Shown piece after piece: positions 48,774-61,146 of a stretch of DNA of 64,000 bases (position 1 is its first letter; every line of letters begins with the position of its first letter). The stretch is from Saccharofermentanales bacterium (GTDB taxonomy: Bacteria; Bacillota; Clostridia; Saccharofermentanales; DTU023). The notes under the pieces were generated by a model. It was not told where the DNA came from and did no database searches. It saw only the letters and a program-made list of their open reading frames with translations. The DNA is taken from NCBI GenBank assembly GCA_050951925.1, contig JBMNJZ010000001.1, positions 1,491,015 to 1,555,014 of the forward strand. The letters run 5' to 3'. The position numbers and the translations under genes are program-made.

Positions 48774-48802
48774 TTGACATTATATAAAACCATAGTTAAT
48801 AA
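48774..48802 (+). promoter_or_regulatory. Sigma-A type promoter of hup
   Basis: TTGACA, a 17-nt spacer, then TAATAA. AAGGAGG lies 6 nt before the ATG at 48836. Confidence 0.55.
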
Positions 48803-48835
48803 TAGGGAAGAATCAAGACTCCAAGGAGGTTTTCC

Positions 48836-49111
48836 ATGAACAAGACCGATTTAATTGATGCAGTCGCCAAGAAAACAAAGCTCAGTAAAAAAGATAGCGA
48901 ATTGGCCATCAATGCAGTACTGAACACCATTACCGATACTCTCGCCGAGGGGGAGAAAGTCGTATTGGTTGGCTTTGGCACATTTGAGGTGCGTCAGCGT
49001 GCTGCCCGTAAAGGCCGCAACCCAAGCACAAAAGAGGAAATTCATATTCCTGCATCTAAAGCACCCGTCTTTAAAGCCGGTAAAAACCTGAAAGAAAAAG
49101 TTAACAACTAA
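48836..49111 (+). CDS. hup: HU-family nucleoid DNA-binding protein
   Basis: 91 aa. [14 protein letters not shown]..., [24 protein letters not shown] and the arm motif [12 protein letters not shown]. Confidence 0.95.
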   Translation: MNKTDLIDAVAKKTKLSKKDSELAINAVLNTITDTLAEGEKVVLVGFGTFEVRQRAARKGRNPSTKEEIHIPASKAPVFKAGKNLKEKVNN

Positions 49112-49135
49112 ACTTATTATCTATTTTATTTAACC

Positions 49136-49165
49136 AAAACCACCGGCTAAGCCGGTGGTTTGTTA
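49136..49165 (+). terminator. Intrinsic terminator of hup
   Basis: CCACCGGC-taa-GCCGGTGG followed by TTTGTT. Confidence 0.8.
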
Positions 49166-49280
49166 TGTCCTCCTATGGCGGACAATGTTATTCCTGCCTC
49201 TTTGTATCCCTGGCATTGCAATTGTATCCGGCTTCCTCAGTTGAGATAAAACAGGTAAAGCAAACAATAAAACGAAGAAG

Positions 49281-50036
49281 CTAACACCCGCTCCGCTCTT
49301 GAGACAGCCGCGAACGAAACTCCTTCATAACTTGATCATGTAGTCTGGCTAAAGTAGAGGTTACCGTTGGTTTGTCTTCTTGATTGTCACGACACAACCA
49401 AAAGATTTTTTGATCATTATTTTTGCCCCGACTCAAAGAGCTCGCTTCATCATCCAATAGAGTTTTAATCAAATAACGCAAATTTCGTTCTATTTGCGGC
49501 AAAGTGATCCGAAATTCTTCAGCTATCACAGGATAAAGGCGTTTGGTAATCGGGCTGATCAATGCCGGATCCCTAAAAATCAAAAATAGCATTCTCTTCA
49601 GTAACACATAGCCACGAAGTCCTGCTCTGAAGCTATATCCGCTCATAATTCTGTCAATGCATGATTCTACCAAGGAATCATCAACAGCCAGCTGATCCCG
49701 AAAAGACAAAGCTACTTCGGAGGTATAATCGCTGAATCGCCTGGCAGCATAGCTAGCTCCTTTTCTGCCGTCCAAAACAAATTCGATTCTGCCTGACATA
49801 TCTACCAGACCCATTATGCCTTTTTTCTGGAGAATTCTATTGACATTATTCAACAGATCCTTGTCCGAAGCGGCAAGATAAATGTGAATGACAGAATCTG
49901 GCTTTGCAGATAAACCGTTCACGTGCGGCGAGCGCGGAAGACAAAAAATCCCGTCGGAATCCTTCCCTGATGCTCTTTGAGTTCTTTCATTTCTGTCCAT
50001 AATTCTATACCTTCCCGTTTTAATTTTTTGTTTCAT
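49281..50036 (-). CDS. Spo0A C-terminal (Spo0A_C) DNA-binding domain protein without an intact receiver domain
   Basis: Residues about 125-235 align by eye to the B. subtilis Spo0A effector domain. GLRGYVLLKRMLFLIFRDPALISPITKRLYPVIAEEFRITLPQIERNLRYLIKT matches [54 protein letters not shown]. The later KPTVTS matches KPTNSE. Confidence 0.7.
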   Translation of the reverse strand: MKQKIKTGRYRIMDRNERTQRASGKDSDGIFCLPRSPHVNGLSAKPDSVIHIYLAASDKDLLNNVNRILQKKGIMGLVDMSGRIEFVLDGRKGASYAARRFSDYTSEVALSFRDQLAVDDSLVESCIDRIMSGYSFRAGLRGYVLLKRMLFLIFRDPALISPITKRLYPVIAEEFRITLPQIERNLRYLIKTLLDDEASSLSRGKNNDQKIFWLCRDNQEDKPTVTSTLARLHDQVMKEFRSRLSQERSGC

Positions 50037-50198
50037 AGTATTGATATTTAAAAATTTCCGACTATATTGCTTTTATCACAGCAAATACCGTGCTGAATCA
50101 GGTTATAGCAAAAAATTTCTATCCTGTAATATTTATAGCACAAGCTCAGAGGGTGCTGCCTATCACTTGCAAATATAATCCTACTAAAGCACCAAGGA

Positions 50199-50615
50199 TC
50201 ATTCGCTATCAGGGCTGGCTTCTTTAACTGCAGTGAAACGAATCACATAATGCATATTTGGTGAGGACATGATCTGCAATTTATCCCCTATAGGCCAATC
50301 ATAACCTAAAGGAGAGTGATAATAACGGATATCATTTATGACTATATAGTTCCCTTTGATGTCATTTGAGGTCAAAACGGCTTCCGTTAAATCATAATGA
50401 CCGCTTGCCAGTTGAACCAAATCCATCAGTCTTGGATAAAGCTGAGTTATTGTGGACCAAGCTATTACGATAGCTATGATTACCGGGAACAGATAAGAAT
50501 ACCATTTTTGATTATTATGGTTCCAATTTACACGGAGCAGGGCAATCAGAAATCTGACTAAAAAAAGAACCAATAAAAGACTGACAAGCAAACCAAATAA
50601 AAAATATATTTTCAT
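50199..50615 (-). CDS. Hypothetical membrane protein
   Basis: 138 aa with two predicted TM helices (FLFGLLVSLLLVLFLVRFLIALL and LFPVIIAIVIAW), followed by a roughly 80-aa soluble tail. No recognisable motif. Confidence 0.4.
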   Translation of the reverse strand: MKIYFLFGLLVSLLLVLFLVRFLIALLRVNWNHNNQKWYSYLFPVIIAIVIAWSTITQLYPRLMDLVQLASGHYDLTEAVLTSNDIKGNYIVINDIRYYHSPLGYDWPIGDKLQIMSSPNMHYVIRFTAVKEASPDSE

Positions 50616-50621
50616 CTTGTT

Positions 50622-53595
<2,974 letters not shown>

Positions 53596-53653
53596 TTTTT
53601 CTCCCCTTTTCACAACCATTGAATTTTATTGGTTTAAAAACCAGTTATCATAA

Positions 53654-56311
53654 TCATATCATTGACATCAATTTGTCGCGTCTGTTTTTGATGTTTTCCA
53701 GCATGCCGCTGTATTTTTCGATCTTATCTTTCTCCAGCGATACAATATGTGGCGGCGCCTTAGCCACGAAATCAGTATTTGCCAGTTTCTTTTCTGCCCG
53801 TTTAATTTCACTTTGAAGTCTGTCGGCTTCAGCTGTCAGGCGTTCTATTTCGACCTCAATATCCAGCAGCTCTCGCAAGGGAATGAAAATCTCTCCGCCG
53901 GGGAATTGGATTTGCACTGCATCGGCAGGAATCGCATCGCGGTCGATATGACAGGAAATTTCCCCTGCCCGCGCCAGTCTCTTCATGAAGAGACTGTTAT
54001 CAGAAAACAAGGTCAAAATATCTTGATCACTGCTTAAGACCATCAGCTTAATTTCCTGCTGTGGGGATAGCTTATATTCTGCCCGGATATTTCTGACCTG
54101 CCGGACAGCTTCCATCAGAATACGCATCTGTCCCTGTTCCAGCTTAAAATCATAATTGGGCTCAGCCAGTGGCCACTTTGCTCTAATTAATTGACCCTGA
54201 TCATGGATCAGATGCCGATAGATCTCTTCTGTCACAAATGGCATGAAAGGATGCAATAAAGTGATAGTCTGAATTAAGACACGATTGAGAGTATATTGCG
54301 CGCTAAGTCTCGACCGGCTGTCTTTCTCAAGCAGCCTGGGCTTGACAGCCTCAATATACCAATCACAGTAGAGATCCCACAGGAAAGAATATGTCTTAGT
54401 TAAGGCCAAGCCGGTCTCAAAGTTTTCCAGATTGCGCTCAACTTCGCGAATCGTTTCATTTAGTTCTGCCAGTATCCAGCGATCCTCCAGTACCAGGTCA
54501 GAGTCCTTGACAGAAGAGAAGTCCATTTCCTGATCAAAGTTCAAAACTACGAAGCGCAGCGCATTCCATATTTTATTCATGAAATTGCGGCCGGCTTCAA
54601 TTTTTTCATTTTGGAAACGTTGGTCATTGCCCGGCGCGCTACCGATAACCAAGGCATAGCGCAATGCATCAGCCCCATAGCTATCAATTACTTCCATCGG
54701 ATCAATGCCGTTTTTCAACGATTTAGACATCTTTCTGCCCAATGCATCACGAACCAGACCATGGACAAATACATAGCGAAACGGAATCTGGCCGGTATGC
54801 TCCAGCGCCGAAAAGATCATGCGCGAAACCCAGAAAGTAATAATATCGTAGCCGGTCACCAGAACATCTGTCGGATAAAAGTAAGACAATTCTACGGTTT
54901 GTTCGGGCCAGCCCAGAGTCGAAAACGGCCACAGCGCTGAAGAAAACCAAGTATCAAGAGTATCTTCGTCCTGAACCAAGGAAGACTCGCCACAATGATG
55001 GCAGCTGTCAGGAGTTGTGGTAGCCACGCTCTGTTCGCCACAGTTAGTGCAGTACCAGACAGGGATACGATGCCCCCACCACAATTGACGCGAGATACAC
55101 CAGTCCCGGGAATTTTCCATCCAGTTGAAATATGTTTTCGCGAACCGTTCCGGTACGAAATCGATCTTACCTTCTTGCACTACTTCAATTGCAGGCTTGA
55201 CCAGATCCGACATTTTGACAAACCACTGCAGGGAAATGCGCGGCTCAACAACAGTAGCACAGCGATAACAAGTGCCCACAGCATGATTAATTTGTTCGGT
55301 CTTGACTAGGAAACCTCCCTCCCGTAGATCTCTCACGATCTCTCTTCTGGCCTCTTCAACATTCATACCTGCATAGCGGCCGCCATGTTCATTCAAATAA
55401 GCATCTTCCGTCAACAAATTGATGACCGGCAGATCATGTCGGAGGCCGATTTCAAAGTCATTAGGATCGTGAGCGGGTGTAATCTTAACAACACCTGTTC
55501 CCAACTCACGATCAACATAATGATCTGCAATAACAGGAATCTCTCTATCAGTCAGGGGCAGCCTGACCATCTTGCCAATATATGATTGAAAGCGCTCATC
55601 AGCAGGGTGAACCGCTACCGCAGTGTCCGCCAACATAGTTTCAGGTCTGGTTGTCGCCAGAACCAGATCTGCTGATCCGTCAACCAGAGGATAGCGAACA
55701 TAATAGAAAGCCGCTTCGACATCAATATATTCAACTTCAGCATCTGAAATTGTAGTCAGACAACTGGGGCACCAGTTGATAATACGTTCGCCGCGATAGA
55801 TCAGACCTTTGTTATACAGTCTGACGAAAACTTCATTGACAGCATGAGACAGTTTTTCATCCAATGTGAATCGTTCGCGATCCCAATCGCAGGAGGCACC
55901 CAGTCTTGCTAACTGATCGGTAATTGCCCCGCCATAAAGCTCTTTCCATTCCCAGGCCCTAGCCATAAATCCTTCGCGCCCGAGATCCTCTTTAGTCAGC
56001 CCTTCTTCACGCATTGCTTCCACAATTCTGGCTTCCGTGGCAATCGCAGCATGATCCGTACCGGGCAACCACAATGCTTCATAGCCTTGCAGGCGCCGCC
56101 AGCGAATCAAGATATCCTGTAAAGTATTGTCCAGAGCATGCCCCATGTGCAGCCGCCCGGTAATATTGGGCGGTGGCATGACAATACAATATGGATCCTT
56201 ATCCCGATTGGGCGCTGCAGCAAAGGCCTTGCTCTTTAACCATGAAGCATATATCTGCTGTTCCTTAGCCATTGGATCAAAAGTCTGTTCTATCGCATCT
56301 ATTCTTGCCAT
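53654..56311 (-). CDS. valS: Valine--tRNA ligase
   Basis: 885 aa. HIGH-type PPPNITGRLHMGHAL, KMSKS, a CP1 editing domain and a C-terminal coiled coil. Confidence 0.95.
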   Translation of the reverse strand: MARIDAIEQTFDPMAKEQQIYASWLKSKAFAAAPNRDKDPYCIVMPPPNITGRLHMGHALDNTLQDILIRWRRLQGYEALWLPGTDHAAIATEARIVEAMREEGLTKEDLGREGFMARAWEWKELYGGAITDQLARLGASCDWDRERFTLDEKLSHAVNEVFVRLYNKGLIYRGERIINWCPSCLTTISDAEVEYIDVEAAFYYVRYPLVDGSADLVLATTRPETMLADTAVAVHPADERFQSYIGKMVRLPLTDREIPVIADHYVDRELGTGVVKITPAHDPNDFEIGLRHDLPVINLLTEDAYLNEHGGRYAGMNVEEARREIVRDLREGGFLVKTEQINHAVGTCYRCATVVEPRISLQWFVKMSDLVKPAIEVVQEGKIDFVPERFAKTYFNWMENSRDWCISRQLWWGHRIPVWYCTNCGEQSVATTTPDSCHHCGESSLVQDEDTLDTWFSSALWPFSTLGWPEQTVELSYFYPTDVLVTGYDIITFWVSRMIFSALEHTGQIPFRYVFVHGLVRDALGRKMSKSLKNGIDPMEVIDSYGADALRYALVIGSAPGNDQRFQNEKIEAGRNFMNKIWNALRFVVLNFDQEMDFSSVKDSDLVLEDRWILAELNETIREVERNLENFETGLALTKTYSFLWDLYCDWYIEAVKPRLLEKDSRSRLSAQYTLNRVLIQTITLLHPFMPFVTEEIYRHLIHDQGQLIRAKWPLAEPNYDFKLEQGQMRILMEAVRQVRNIRAEYKLSPQQEIKLMVLSSDQDILTLFSDNSLFMKRLARAGEISCHIDRDAIPADAVQIQFPGGEIFIPLRELLDIEVEIERLTAEADRLQSEIKRAEKKLANTDFVAKAPPHIVSLEKDKIEKYSGMLENIKNRRDKLMSMI

Positions 56312-58482
56312 ATTTGTCTCCTAGAAGTTGTAATCCCTTCAAAATCCAAACTACCCTTTCCGCCCGGATCTTGAATGGCGAAAGAAATACGGACTATCCG
56401 TTCCAGATTCAACTGAGCGGCGCCTAGATTAAATTTCGCGACCTGCAAATGCGGTTGTTGCTGAATCAGACATTCCGGGAAAATATAGACTACCTGATTT
56501 TCATCCTCCATCTCAAGCCCCAGTCTTTTCGCTCTGAGATCCGGATTGTGGAGCAGAATATTCAGTTCTCCCCAGCCGGATAAATTCAGCGGCGGATAAG
56601 ATGAAGCATACCCTAATTGCGGCTCCATTACCAAGGGACGCTCATCGGCATTTCTATACTCAGCCTTAATTGTTTTTAAGGCTTCATTCTCATGACTGGA
56701 AACCAGTTTCAATTCACCCCGGCCTGAACTGATAGTCCAAAGCTCTCTTTCTCCCGGCCAATCCTGCTCGGGAATTCGCGCCGGATCAGGCAAGAGCTCA
56801 GCCCAAGCGAAATCAGTAATGCGATCGCATTTCATCCAGACCTGCGGCTCATAATGATCAGCCGGATCCATATCGAGGCGAAAAGCCGGAACCGGCATAC
56901 CATCAGGTCCTGTCAGATTAGCCTCCCGGTTGAAATTAGCATAAGCATAGGTTAGGGATACCGGATCCGCAAGTTCATCGTGCCAGACAATTACTTTGAC
57001 GCCATATAAGATTCTGGCATTTGCTTTGACAAAAATTCGCTCTGCCCCGCAAATGGCAAACCCCTCCAAGCTATGCGTTCCCGGACGTAAAATCAGGCCC
57101 TGTGAGGCTTTGCCGAACTTTTCAAAATCAATCATGAATTTATTGCCAACCTTTTCCACGGCTTTTGGTTCCGGTGAGGAAGACGGCAAATCATAACCAT
57201 ACGCAAGGCCCAAAGCAATACTCGCCATTCGCCGGCCAATCGCTTCTTTTGCGACCGGATGCGCCGGATAACGGTAAGTCTCATTGCGGCTATTATAGGT
57301 CAAAGGCAAATCCGAGATGGTTACCATGCCGGCCTTGACTGGAAGTTTGCGCCGTAAATCGCTGAGCGCCTCATTAAATAACACCACAGTTCTGGCATCA
57401 GCACGGGGATAGCAATAAGCGGCGATCTGACTGTAAATTAAGCGCAATTCATTTTCAGGCGCCACAAACATCTCCTTTAGAATTGAGACCAGAACAGGGA
57501 AAGCCCTGGTATAATAATCCGGACTGTCAGCATCGCTCTCTCCCTGATACCAGAGTACACCGCGCACACCCAGTCCGATAAAAGGCGCCAATTTATGATT
57601 AAACATTGTGGCGGGCTGATATCTGGTCTGAAAATTGCCGCTTTGCGGAACCTCAAGATTATCTTTCAGAGTCAGACGGCGCACTGTCCGCTTCTCATGG
57701 ACTATGGAATTCTCTTGATCTCCGGGCTTTTTCTTAGTAGGATTGGCGCTATTCCAATTATCCTGATCGCGGTACAGATGCAATTCACGGACATGATTTT
57801 TTAAATACGGATCTTGCTCTATGATCTCCCGGGGCAGCCAGCTATGGATATACGTCCCCGCACAGCCCATATCATAAATGCCGATCGGCAAGAGCAACTG
57901 TTCCTCAAGCCTCAGAGCAAAAGAGTAAGCAATGCCTGAGATAACTGCCATCTCTTCAGGATGGCTCCCCCTGTACCAGCGGCCGGAAGCAATATAGCCG
58001 ACCGGATGATAGCTGTACTGCGGCATATTATCGTCCAGACCATCCTCCGCCATGGCAAAAATCCTGATATGATTCATGGTGGCAGTAAGATCCAGACGCA
58101 GAGCCAGATCACAACTCGCCACCGGCATGGCCATATTGTCCTGCCCTGCCGCAAACCAAATCTCTCCCACGAGAATATCCTCGATTTGCAAATTCGCATC
58201 ATCACAGGAGAGAATCAATGTACAAGGATCCAGTGAGGCTTCCAAAGCTGGCAGCTTAAAATTGAAACGGCCATAGCGATCCGAGCGGTCCTTATCCTCA
58301 TAGATCAAGCCATACTGGGTTTCAAGATCAGTAACGATATGGCCATCGGCAGGTTGGCGAAATAAACTGATGCTAACTTCCCGCTCAGGCGCACAAACAC
58401 CAGGCACCCGCAACGGCACTTTCTGCTGAATCACCATACCTGTAGCAAAATAGCCCGGCAGACGAAAATTACTATCCGACAT
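56299..58482 (-). CDS. Sialate O-acetylesterase-like (SASA/DUF303 SGNH-type) carbohydrate esterase, no signal peptide
   Basis: 727 aa. GEIWFAAGQDNMAMPV stands where the family has G.VW.CSGQSNM, and VRGVLWYQGESDA where it has WYQGESN. It overlaps the valS start by 13 nt. Confidence 0.6.
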   Translation of the reverse strand: MSDSNFRLPGYFATGMVIQQKVPLRVPGVCAPEREVSISLFRQPADGHIVTDLETQYGLIYEDKDRSDRYGRFNFKLPALEASLDPCTLILSCDDANLQIEDILVGEIWFAAGQDNMAMPVASCDLALRLDLTATMNHIRIFAMAEDGLDDNMPQYSYHPVGYIASGRWYRGSHPEEMAVISGIAYSFALRLEEQLLLPIGIYDMGCAGTYIHSWLPREIIEQDPYLKNHVRELHLYRDQDNWNSANPTKKKPGDQENSIVHEKRTVRRLTLKDNLEVPQSGNFQTRYQPATMFNHKLAPFIGLGVRGVLWYQGESDADSPDYYTRAFPVLVSILKEMFVAPENELRLIYSQIAAYCYPRADARTVVLFNEALSDLRRKLPVKAGMVTISDLPLTYNSRNETYRYPAHPVAKEAIGRRMASIALGLAYGYDLPSSSPEPKAVEKVGNKFMIDFEKFGKASQGLILRPGTHSLEGFAICGAERIFVKANARILYGVKVIVWHDELADPVSLTYAYANFNREANLTGPDGMPVPAFRLDMDPADHYEPQVWMKCDRITDFAWAELLPDPARIPEQDWPGERELWTISSGRGELKLVSSHENEALKTIKAEYRNADERPLVMEPQLGYASSYPPLNLSGWGELNILLHNPDLRAKRLGLEMEDENQVVYIFPECLIQQQPHLQVAKFNLGAAQLNLERIVRISFAIQDPGGKGSLDFEGITTSRRQIWQE

Positions 58483-58527
58483 TCAGTCACCTCTATCTAT
58501 TAGACCACTATACACGACTTTTGCCTC

Positions 58528-61146
58528 TCATGTCTCAGAATTCAATACCAGGCGCTCCCGGACAATCCCGGCCCGCCCGGCCTCTAACTCGGAATATCCT
58601 GTCTCACGGCACAAAGCCCGCAAAAACAGATCCGGTCGCAAATTAGCCGCACTGCCGGCCTTTGCCAGCAGCACAGCCTCATCATTCGACCAAGAAATCA
58701 GTTTTAGCAATAGCGGCCTGATATCAATTTCCCTCTCACCTCTTTTGCCATGTTTCAAAACCGGCAAAGAACCATCGCCGGCAAACAACTCCGCGATAGC
58801 CCGGCCAATAGCCGGAGCCCGGAAACAGTATTCAGCCTGATGAACCTGAGCCATCAGGCTGCGTTCCGTCTCGGTTCGAATTTCACCCTTGACGAAGACG
58901 ATCCCCTGTGGTGCCGCCTCATTTAGTCTTAGCAACAGCTGTTCCGGGTCAGGCGCTGATTGTGACCTTAAAGTAACTTCACAGAGATCAGCTTTCAGCT
59001 CGATGCCAACACCCGCCGGCAAGGCAAACACAATCTGCGGACGCGGGTTGAAACCCTCCGACCAGGCCAGGGGCAAACCTGCCCGCTTGAAAAGACGCTC
59101 CATAGTCCTCATCATATCGAGATGCCCCAGCCAGGAAGGCACACCGGAACGGCAATATGTTAATCTAAGCCGCCATTCCGTATCTCCGCAACGCTCCTGA
59201 GACGAATCTACCCCCGTATCGGGAATGGCGGGGGGCCTGTCGGCGTCTTCGGCAAATGATGAGTCTGACTGCCGCCTGTCGCTTCTCGGCGCCGCGCGTT
59301 CCATACAGACACCGCAGCGATAGACCTCAGCGCCACAATGGCTGCATAATTCCCGGCATTCAGCAGTCGTTTCCGCCAGCAGAGCTTTTTCATATTCCTC
59401 CCAGAGAAAGTCCTTATCTATTCCCATATCCAGATGATCCCAAGGCAAAACCTCGTGTCTGTCTCTGGCGCCGGTATAATGATCAATATCCAATCCCGAA
59501 TCAGCCATAGCTCTCTGCCAGCGGGAAAAATCGAAGCCTTCGCGCCAGCCGTCGCAATAGCCGCCGGTTTGCCAGCTGCGGAAAATTACTTCACTCAAGC
59601 GCCTGTCTCCCCTGGCCAGTACCGCTTCAATCACACTGCTGCCGAAATCATGCCATTGATAACTGATAACCCTGCTCTTAAGTTCGTCAGCTAATAATTG
59701 CTGATGCTCCACCATCAGCTCTGGGCTTGCCTGAGCCACCCATTGGAACGGCGTAAAAGGCTTGGGAATAAACATGGCAGTACTGACAGTGATCTGGGGT
59801 TTGCGCAACTTTCCCGGTTCAGCCAGCTCCCGATAGATACGCAGTATCTGATAGACCAGTGTAGCAATAGCCTCTACATCCTCCCCGGTTTCTGTCGGCA
59901 AACCAAGCATAAAGTAGAGCTTCAGCCGGTTCCAGCCGCCGGCAAAAGCTGTCCGGGCCGCAGTGAGCAAATCCTCTTCCGTAATATTTTTATTGATCAC
60001 ATCGCGCAGGCGTTGTGTCCCTGCCTCCGGAGCAAAGGTCAGCCCTGCCTTGCGAGTGGCGGAAATCCTAGTCATCAACTCGAAATCAAAACTGTCCAGG
60101 CGCAGGGACGGCAGAGAGATATTTACCTTGTCCGCAGTCAGTTTCTCCGCCAAAGACGCTGTCAGCGCGTCAATCTCCGAGTAATCGCTGCTACTGAGCG
60201 AGAGCAGACCTATCTCATCATAGCCGGTCGCTTCATAGAGTTCAGTCGCAAGCCCTGTAAGCTTTTGCCGGCTCCGCTCGCGGAGCGGGCGGTAAATCAT
60301 GCCCGCCTGGCAGAAACGGCAACCGCGCGGGCAGCCTCGGAAAACCTCCAGGTACATCCGATCATGAACAATTTCGATAAAAGGAACAATTTGTTTCTCC
60401 GGGAAAACAGACTGATCAAGCCTCTCAATGATCTGTCTTTTGATACGAAGCGGGATCCCCGGATACTTAGGCTCAATCGACGCTACCTTTCCGTCAGGCA
60501 AATAGTTTATATCATAAAATGCCGGAATATATACTCCCGGGATCCGGGCAGCCTTCAGCAGGAAATCCAGCTTTCGGCGCTTAGGCTCCCGGCGCCAGCT
60601 TTGATAGAGATCCAGCAGCGAACTGATCATCTCTTCGCCTTCGCCCAGCATAAAGAGATCAAAAAAATCAGCCATCGGCTCCACATTGACAATCAGCGGA
60701 CCGCCGCCCCAAACCAGCGGATCAGACTCTGTCCGCTCAGAAGCTCTCAGGGGAATTCCCGCCAGATCCAGCATATCGAGTACGGCGGTATAGGACAGCT
60801 CATACTGCAATGTGAAACCAACTATGTCAAAATCTGCCAGCGCTCTGCCGCTCTCCAGTGAAGTCAAAGGAAGCCCGCGCGCTTTTAGCTCGGCGCGAAA
60901 ATCAGGAGCGGGAGCAAACACTCTTTCACACCAGGCATCCTCGCGTCGGTTGATCAGATCATAGATGATACGCAGTGCCAGATTGGACATCCCAATCTCA
61001 TAAATATCAGGAAAGCAAAAGGCGAAATGGATCAGCTGATCCTCTTCCGGCAGGCCGGATTTGTCAATCTGATTCCATTCTCCGCCTAAATAACGGGCAG
61101 GTTTTTCAATCTGTCTCAGGATTTCTCTAGGGACCGGCAGCTTCAT
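58528..61146 (-). CDS. Fused B12-binding-domain radical SAM protein (TIGR03960-like) plus radical-SAM-associated DUF2344 (TIGR03936-like) domain
   Basis: 872 aa. It has the radical SAM cluster motif CPRGCRFCQAG. The N-terminus MKLP..EILRQIEKPARYLGGEWN is characteristic of the TIGR03960 family. A Ser/Asp/Arg-rich linker is followed by a C-terminal domain beginning WRLRLTYCRSG..WLGHLDMMR. Confidence 0.75.
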   Translation of the reverse strand: MKLPVPREILRQIEKPARYLGGEWNQIDKSGLPEEDQLIHFAFCFPDIYEIGMSNLALRIIYDLINRREDAWCERVFAPAPDFRAELKARGLPLTSLESGRALADFDIVGFTLQYELSYTAVLDMLDLAGIPLRASERTESDPLVWGGGPLIVNVEPMADFFDLFMLGEGEEMISSLLDLYQSWRREPKRRKLDFLLKAARIPGVYIPAFYDINYLPDGKVASIEPKYPGIPLRIKRQIIERLDQSVFPEKQIVPFIEIVHDRMYLEVFRGCPRGCRFCQAGMIYRPLRERSRQKLTGLATELYEATGYDEIGLLSLSSSDYSEIDALTASLAEKLTADKVNISLPSLRLDSFDFELMTRISATRKAGLTFAPEAGTQRLRDVINKNITEEDLLTAARTAFAGGWNRLKLYFMLGLPTETGEDVEAIATLVYQILRIYRELAEPGKLRKPQITVSTAMFIPKPFTPFQWVAQASPELMVEHQQLLADELKSRVISYQWHDFGSSVIEAVLARGDRRLSEVIFRSWQTGGYCDGWREGFDFSRWQRAMADSGLDIDHYTGARDRHEVLPWDHLDMGIDKDFLWEEYEKALLAETTAECRELCSHCGAEVYRCGVCMERAAPRSDRRQSDSSFAEDADRPPAIPDTGVDSSQERCGDTEWRLRLTYCRSGVPSWLGHLDMMRTMERLFKRAGLPLAWSEGFNPRPQIVFALPAGVGIELKADLCEVTLRSQSAPDPEQLLLRLNEAAPQGIVFVKGEIRTETERSLMAQVHQAEYCFRAPAIGRAIAELFAGDGSLPVLKHGKRGEREIDIRPLLLKLISWSNDEAVLLAKAGSAANLRPDLFLRALCRETGYSELEAGRAGIVRERLVLNSET

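Noticed and set aside
59698-60861. A 387-aa plus-strand ORF antisense to the radical SAM gene.
   Set aside because: Its translation is low-complexity and Arg/Gln/Leu-rich with no motif. It lies entirely inside a well-supported minus-strand gene in the most GC-rich segment, where stop-free antisense frames are expected by composition.
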